Notes under the pieces: model-generated
Databases searched by the model: none
What the model saw: the letters and a program-made list of their open reading frames with translations, nothing else
What the model was told of the DNA's origin: nothing
Program-made: the position numbers and the translations under genes
Assembly (NCBI GenBank): GCA_039935135.1
Contig: JBDTKU010000118.1
Coordinates: forward strand, 1,234 to 65,233
Origin: Ginsengibacter sp.
GTDB taxonomy: Bacteria; Bacteroidota; Bacteroidia; Chitinophagales; Chitinophagaceae
Length of the DNA stretch: 64,000 bases
Direction of reading: 5' to 3'
Part shown: positions 60,119 to 64,000 of the stretch, in pieces
How the letters are laid out: every line of letters begins with the position of its first letter
How positions within the stretch are numbered: position 1 is the first letter of the stretch

Positions 60119-61603
60119 TTAAATAATCTTTTCTTTAGTCAATTCATTATTTACCGTTCTCCAGATATTCAATGGGTTTTCATTTTTCAATTCATCAGGC
60201 AATAATTTATTTTCCCAATTTTGAAAAGCGATTGGCCTGGCGAAACGTTTGATTCCATCCGCACCCACAGAGGTAAATCTTGAATCAGTTGTTGACGGGA
60301 AAGGGCCGCCATGGTGCATACTAAGGCAAACTTCTACACCTGTCGGAACCCCATTTAAAATAAATCTTCCGCAAATATTTTTTACTGCTTCCACCAATTC
60401 TTCATTGGAAAGAAAATCGTTATCAGTTGCCATTAAAGTAGCAGTTAACTGTCCTTCCAAATGTTTTGCTACCGCAATTATTTCGTTCATGTCTTTGCAA
60501 CGTATTACAATTGAATAGGGCCCAAAAACTTCCTGGTGCAAAACAGGATTATTTAGAAAATCTTTTCCAGTTGTTGTGGCTACCGTCGGCGTTCCTTCAT
60601 TTTCTTTTTTCGGAGTATCTGAAACAGATACTATAGTCACATTATTTTGATGCAATGCTTTATCTCTTTTTTCATCGAAAGCTTTTGCGATTCCCGGGTG
60701 CAACATTTTTGCAGGCTCGGCTTTTTCTATTTCTTTCCCTAAGGTTGAAATAAATTTTTGCAGGTCGTCACTCTCTATTCCGATTATCAATCCGGGATTA
60801 GTGCAGAATTGTCCTACGCCTTGTGTAATAGAACCGGCATAGGTTGTAGCAATTTCTTCAGAAGAACTTTTTAATTTTTCGGGTAACAAAAAAACCGGGT
60901 TGATGCTTCCCATTTCGGAAAAAACAGGTATCGGAACTTTTCGTTGATTTCCCCAATCAAACAATTGCTTTCCACCCCCAAGCGAGCCCGTAAAGCCAAC
61001 TGCCGCTGTGCGATCATGCATGACCAAAGCTTTTCCTACTTCAAAACCTGCACCATGAATGTGGGCGAAAATACCTTTTGGCATTTTTTGTTGGTTTACT
61101 GCATTTAAAATTGCTGAGGCGACTTTTTGGGATGTTTCTGCGTGCGCAGGATGGGCTTTTACAATTACAGGACAACCCGCTGCAAAGGCACACGCCGTAT
61201 CGCCTCCGGCAGTAGAATAAGCAAATGGAAAATTACTGGAGCCAAAAACAACTACCGGGCCAAGAGGAATCAGCATTTTACGAATGTCTTGTTTGGGTGG
61301 CTTTTTATCAGGAATCGCTGTATCTATTCTGGCTTCTAACCATTCACCACTTTCTGCAGCATCGCCATATTGATTCAGTTGAAAAATGGTTCTTGCCAAT
61401 TCTCCTTTTAATCTTGCCTCGGGCAAATTGGTTTCTTTCATTGCCGTTTGAACCAAATCATCTTCATTCTTTTTTAATTCTTCTCCAACAGCCCGCATAA
61501 AATCAGCGCGTGCTTTCAAAGGCATCTTTCTATATTGATGAAACGCGTGCCATGCGTCTTTCATCGTATCATTTATTTCTTCTGTTGTTGCATCTTTAAA
61601 CAT
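60119..61603 (-). CDS. Alpha-ketoglutaric semialdehyde dehydrogenase (NADP aldehyde dehydrogenase)
   Basis: SNFPFAYSTAGGD, EMGSINP, GQFCTNPG, EVFGP, PTGVEV. Confidence 0.9.
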   Translation of the reverse strand: MFKDATTEEINDTMKDAWHAFHQYRKMPLKARADFMRAVGEELKKNEDDLVQTAMKETNLPEARLKGELARTIFQLNQYGDAAESGEWLEARIDTAIPDKKPPKQDIRKMLIPLGPVVVFGSSNFPFAYSTAGGDTACAFAAGCPVIVKAHPAHAETSQKVASAILNAVNQQKMPKGIFAHIHGAGFEVGKALVMHDRTAAVGFTGSLGGGKQLFDWGNQRKVPIPVFSEMGSINPVFLLPEKLKSSSEEIATTYAGSITQGVGQFCTNPGLIIGIESDDLQKFISTLGKEIEKAEPAKMLHPGIAKAFDEKRDKALHQNNVTIVSVSDTPKKENEGTPTVATTTGKDFLNNPVLHQEVFGPYSIVIRCKDMNEIIAVAKHLEGQLTATLMATDNDFLSNEELVEAVKNICGRFILNGVPTGVEVCLSMHHGGPFPSTTDSRFTSVGADGIKRFARPIAFQNWENKLLPDELKNENPLNIWRTVNNELTKEKII

Positions 61604-61620
61604 ATTGTATATTTTTTAGT

Positions 61621-61704
61621 CACGAGCCAGCCTTGTCGACAGACAGGAAGCACGAATTTAAACGAATTATTCTTTGCCACGGATTACACGCATTCTCACG
61701 GATT
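61621..61704 (+). repeat. CACGAATT/CACGGATT-type tandem repeat cluster containing a degenerate CCTG..CAGG palindrome (61627-61647)
   Basis: CACGAG[CCAGCCTTGTCGACAGACAGG]AAGCACGAATTTAAACGAATT...GCCACGGATTACACGCATTCTCACGGATT. Confidence 0.65.
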
Positions 61705-61754
61705 ATTTGTTGCCGAATAAGTCTTCTATTTTTTATTTCAAACAATTTAACTCA

Positions 61755-62675
61755 TTAAATCTTTATTGACAAATAATCAGGAAGTTCAGGGCGCGAAGCA
61801 ATTCCATCATTGATGATTCTTAAAATCTGTTTCCTCTCCTCACCTTCCAAAATAAGCCGTGGAGCGCGTACATCCTCACTTCCAATGCCTTCCTTTTTTT
61901 CTGCCAGCTTTATATATTGTACCAATTTTGGATGAATATCTAATTCAAGTAATGGCATAAACCAACGATAAATTTTTGTTGCCTCTGCTATTCTTCCTGC
62001 TTTTACCAAACGATAAATAGCAACAGTTTCTTTTGGAAAGGCGCAAACCAATCCTGCCACCCAACCATCTGCACCGAGGCAAAGTTCTTCCATCGCCAAA
62101 GTATCCACACCACATAATATTTTGTACCGATTTCCAAAACGATTACGCATACGCGTTACATTGGTAACATCCCTGGTTGACTCCTTTACTGCTTCAATAT
62201 TTTTGCAATCTTTCAATTCATCAAACATCTCTAAAGTGATAAGTGTTTTATAATCATTCGGATTGTTGTAAACAATTATCGGCAGGTCTGTTGCGTTTGC
62301 AATCGTCTTAAACCACTGTACCGTTTCCCTGTGATCGCTCTTATAGCGCATGGGTGGCAAAGCCATCAAACCCTGTGCTCCCCAGGCTTTTGCATATTCT
62401 GCCTGTTGCAATGCTTCGCGGGTGCTGCCTTCTGCAATGTTTAAAATCACTGGAATTTTACCTGCCAATTTTTCAATCGCAAACTTTACCAATGTTTCTT
62501 TCTCGTCGGTAGAAAGTACGCTTGATTCTCCTAAAGTTCCTCCCAATATGATTCCATCAATTCCTGCATCTACCTGGGCCGACAGATTTTTTTCGAATAA
62601 TGACAAATCGAGTTTATCATCTTTTGTGAATTGGGTTGTTAGCGCAGGATAAATGCCATTCCATGATATTGACAT
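61755..62675 (-). CDS. DapA-family protein, probable pyrroline-4-hydroxy-2-carboxylate deaminase
   Basis: GGTLGE, YNNP, KES Schiff-base Lys; linked to Hyp epimerase and KGSADH; TATCTTTG at 62687-62694 (minus). Confidence 0.85.
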   Translation of the reverse strand: MSISWNGIYPALTTQFTKDDKLDLSLFEKNLSAQVDAGIDGIILGGTLGESSVLSTDEKETLVKFAIEKLAGKIPVILNIAEGSTREALQQAEYAKAWGAQGLMALPPMRYKSDHRETVQWFKTIANATDLPIIVYNNPNDYKTLITLEMFDELKDCKNIEAVKESTRDVTNVTRMRNRFGNRYKILCGVDTLAMEELCLGADGWVAGLVCAFPKETVAIYRLVKAGRIAEATKIYRWFMPLLELDIHPKLVQYIKLAEKKEGIGSEDVRAPRLILEGEERKQILRIINDGIASRPELPDYLSIKI

Positions 62676-63137
62676 AGCTTTTCCACCAAAGATAAATGTA
62701 TTGTTTTAGAGGATTGGAATATTTGTTTCGGCAATCTTCGAAACTCTAAAACCTTCACAGACAAAAAACTTCAGCATTGAGCCGAAAATTTATTTGCAGG
62801 AAGCCCGCTGCAATTGGTAAAGAAATGTCCCATACAGATATGAATACTTTGAACCGTGTCAAACGATATCATCCCAGTATCGAAAATACCAAATGAATGA
62901 TTTTATTACTCTGAATTACCAATATAATTACCGTTAGGAATAATTTTCAGATTTTGTTTTTACATTTTACAAGTTCAAGACGCTATAGCCATAACCTTTT
63001 CAGTTGGCGCTATTGGTTAAATGAAGAGAAAATGCTTGGAGCTTTATGTTAACAACCATGAGATAAATAAGTTTTTATTTTTTTGCCGGCCACTATTCCG
63101 AAAGGTTGATTCTTTTTCAAATTCCGCAGAGTCTGTT

Positions 63138-63590
63138 TTAAAATGGCTTCAGAACCATCAGAACAATTATGATCAAAAAAATTACATTTTCCATCCGTTC
63201 ATAAAAAAATAATTTTTTAGCCAGCTTATAATATTCCCCAGGGATATTATCATCTGTGTGGGTTTTCAACAATGCCTTAATTGGTTTTGATCTGGGCGAA
63301 AGCACGAGTGGGCCAAATCCCAACGCAATTAGAAAAAGCGTTAAACTGGTAACGTACCATCCCTGACGAAACAAATAGTTATTCAAAGCGCCCATCGAAA
63401 GGCCCGTAAGTATAAGCAGCGTTCCTCCTATCATTACAAATATGTGCAACCTGGTGCGAATCATATAAGCATGCCTTAATTCCGTCATGGTTTCTGCTTT
63501 GGTAACAATATAAATCATTACAAAACCAGGGCCTAAGCCTAAAATAGCCGAGAAAACATGTATCAAAAGAAGAATCATGTAAAGCGTCAT
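63138..63590 (-). CDS. DUF2269-like membrane protein
   Basis: IHVFSAILGLG N-terminus, four TM segments, LMVLKPF C-terminus. Confidence 0.8.
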   Translation of the reverse strand: MTLYMILLLIHVFSAILGLGPGFVMIYIVTKAETMTELRHAYMIRTRLHIFVMIGGTLLILTGLSMGALNNYLFRQGWYVTSLTLFLIALGFGPLVLSPRSKPIKALLKTHTDDNIPGEYYKLAKKLFFYERMENVIFLIIIVLMVLKPF

Positions 63591-63802
63591 AATCTAATCT
63601 TTAAAATAAATTATTATTTTCCGATACAAGAATTTGCAATGATGATAACAACCTAAATCCTTGTTATTACGGGCATCCTATTGCAAACTTCCTAATAAAT
63701 CCATATTCTTTTTATCGAGATTGGGAAAATAGCAGAAGTGATATTTCATATATTCCTTTTTGCTTTACTACAATTAATGAATGTAAAAAATAGAATTAAT
63801 AA

Positions 63803-63836
63803 AATATAGGAAACTCGTTTTTTTGTTCGTTTACTG
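63803..63836 (+). repeat. 34-bp dispersed site, copy R
   Basis: AATATAGGAAA CTCGT TTTTTTGTTCGTTTACTG. Confidence 0.7.
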
Positions 63837-63947
63837 AAAAAAACATTTGAATTGAAAAAATTAAATAATAATAAATAATTGAAACATTTGGGCTTTAATT
63901 TTAAAAACCTTTATGAAACCAAAATAATTATTCAACCTTGTGAATAC

Positions 63948-63981
63948 CAGTAAACAAACTTTTATTGAGGATTTTTATTTT
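63948..63981 (-). repeat. 34-bp dispersed site, copy S
   Basis: Minus strand AAAATAAAAAT CCTCA ATAAAAGTTTGTTTACTG. Confidence 0.8.
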
Positions 63982-64000
63982 ATCTTTTAGTTTCCTCCAA

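Noticed and set aside
61535-61720. 61-aa ORF containing QPCRQTG
   Set aside because: Translation of the repeat cluster and antisense overlap with the dehydrogenase start; not a gene.
62700-63130. Possible decayed regulator gene upstream of the hydroxyproline operon
   Set aside because: The + strand frames I translated gave no recognisable motif; cannot be supported without blastx.
1041-63981. 34-bp site as XerCD dif/pdif, integron attC, CRISPR repeat or terminator
   Set aside because: It shares only TTAT with the XerD arm and lacks the ATAA-N6-TTAT dyad. It has no RYYYAAC/GTTRRRY ends or hairpin, is not regularly spaced and has no cas genes nearby. It has no GC stem, and real terminators occur separately beside several copies.
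1-64000. rRNA, tRNA, CRISPR array, intact transposase/integrase or prophage
   Set aside because: None recognised in the sequence or ORF track.

Overview
AT-rich chromosomal window from a Bacteroidota bacterium, most likely Chitinophagaceae. This call is inferred from SusC/SusD, TAnnTTTG promoters, ACIII gene order and protein style. Core content is dnaG, plsY-prmA-pnp-rpsO, a complete alternative complex III (actA-F) plus aa3 cytochrome c oxidase operon, purN, agmatinase/radical SAM, a SusC/D pair with DeoR, and hydroxyproline catabolism genes. Accessory content includes a tsdA-dsrE-solute-binding-protein module, a receiver-PAS-kinase gene, lemA-DUF2207, small genes and gene fragments. The main unexplained signal is a dispersed, non-palindromic 34-bp site (AAAATAAAAAT-N5-TTATTTGTTGSTTTACTR) with a variable 5-bp core and fixed spacing. 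I found 19 intergenic copies by eye. Most follow a stop codon in the sense orientation, and several bracket accessory genes or gene debris like cassettes. Two copies are interrupted at the identical base by a 20-22 bp CCTG...CAGG palindrome. No recombinase or transposase is encoded in the window, so the function is a hypothesis. Also seen: a decayed group II intron 3' end, a candidate sRNA, REP-like palindromes and two pseudogene fragments. No rRNA, tRNA or CRISPR was seen. All calls come from reading the sequence; no database searches were run.
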